Assembly: GCA_963924565.1 (NCBI GenBank) | Contig: OZ004607.1 | Coordinates: 6,510,001 to 6,574,000 of the forward strand | Source: Ascidiella aspersa | Lineage: Eukaryota | DNA: 64,000 nt | Direction of reading: 5' to 3' | Shown here: in pieces, positions 63,298-64,000 of the stretch | How positions within the stretch are numbered: the first letter of the stretch is position 1 | Layout: each line of letters opens with the position of its first letter | Translations under genes and position numbers: made by a program | The notes under the pieces: model-generated | Told to the model about the DNA's origin: nothing | The model's input: only the letters and a program-made list of their open reading frames with translations | The model's database searches: none

Positions 63298-64000
63298 ATG
63301 GTGAGTTGTCAGTTTTGGTTGTCACAGCTGTAACTGTAGATTGCGTTTGTTTGTGTTGGATTTTGAGCAGGCGGTGAACTCCGCTGTGTTTTCGAATTTA
63401 TTCAGTGTTGATCGTTCAGTTTTCTGTCGTGCGTTGCCAATGCTAAAAAACGATTTTGTAAACTTCCTAAAAGTTTTGCTTATTTATCGTAAACGCGGAG
63501 CAGAAGGGTAAGTTGTGTTTGCAGGGCGGTTTTATGCTTTGAAAAATGTTTAAAGCTTCGTTTTCCCGTTTGGATGAAAATATTGCGGCAAAACTGAAAA
63601 AAATATAGCCGAGCGCTTTCAAAGCGAGCTTGTAAACTTGTCAAAAGGTCGCGATTGCAAGCGTTTCAGACGAACGCGTTTCCAAGCGAAAACCCACGCG
63701 GCCCGAATTCAACGTTTGCCAAAAACAAAAAACAACGCGGCTTTATTTTTTTTGTGTATTATTATTTACAAACTCCAAGCTAACCAGCGCCCGCTTCCGC
63801 GCGTATATCCGCAGTCCACCAACCCGTTCGACGCCGATCAGGACGAAACAAATCCGTTCGCCGAAAGTGCACCGGGGTACGACAACTATCAGTCGCTCGG
63901 GGCCGATTCTACGTCAACCAATCCGTTCGAAGAGCCACAAAATCAGCAGCAGCAGCCTCTAAGGTCTCAGCAGCCTGGCAACATGCAGTCAGTCAGCCAG
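63298..64000 (+). CDS. 5' part of an NPF-motif (EH-domain-binding) membrane-traffic protein, SNAP29-like or SCAMP-like; runs off the window
   Basis: ATG|gtgagt at 63298-63300 spliced to the acceptor at 63788 gives M-RPLPRVYPQSTNPFDADQDETNPFAESAPGYDNYQSLGADSTSTNPFEEPQNQQQQ..., an open frame to the window end with three T-NPF-(D/A/E) motifs. A probable non-coding upstream exon lies at 61733-62056. Confidence 0.7.

Overview
AT-rich, intron-rich eukaryotic (metazoan) genomic DNA. An invertebrate chordate such as a tunicate is plausible but is only an inference. I reconstructed five spliced genes by hand. (1) A two-exon minus-strand gene for a secreted Gly/Ala-rich prepropeptide (CDS 2139-2708). 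(2) A complete 30-exon TTC37/SKI3 gene (+, 6581-35188, ~1591 aa). (3) An 8-exon gene for a ~271-aa protein with two C1 zinc fingers, a (PSPx)n tract and a C-terminal CSWCCC motif but no catalytic domain (+, 37859-46714). (4) A mitochondrial-type creatine kinase (-, 49927-57271; first exon not confidently found). (5) The 5' end of an NPF-motif protein (+, 63298->64000). Non-coding DNA holds many hAT-type MITEs with 8-bp TSDs, a MITE carrying a 33-bp satellite, foldback elements, tRNA-derived SINE remnants and a ~1.9-kb inverted duplication. The top observation is a small family of Penelope-type inverted elements with minimal type-I hammerhead ribozymes in three TTC37 introns, at least one of them structurally intact and in sense orientation. 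Most ORFs in the supplied six-frame track are spurious or are exon fragments.
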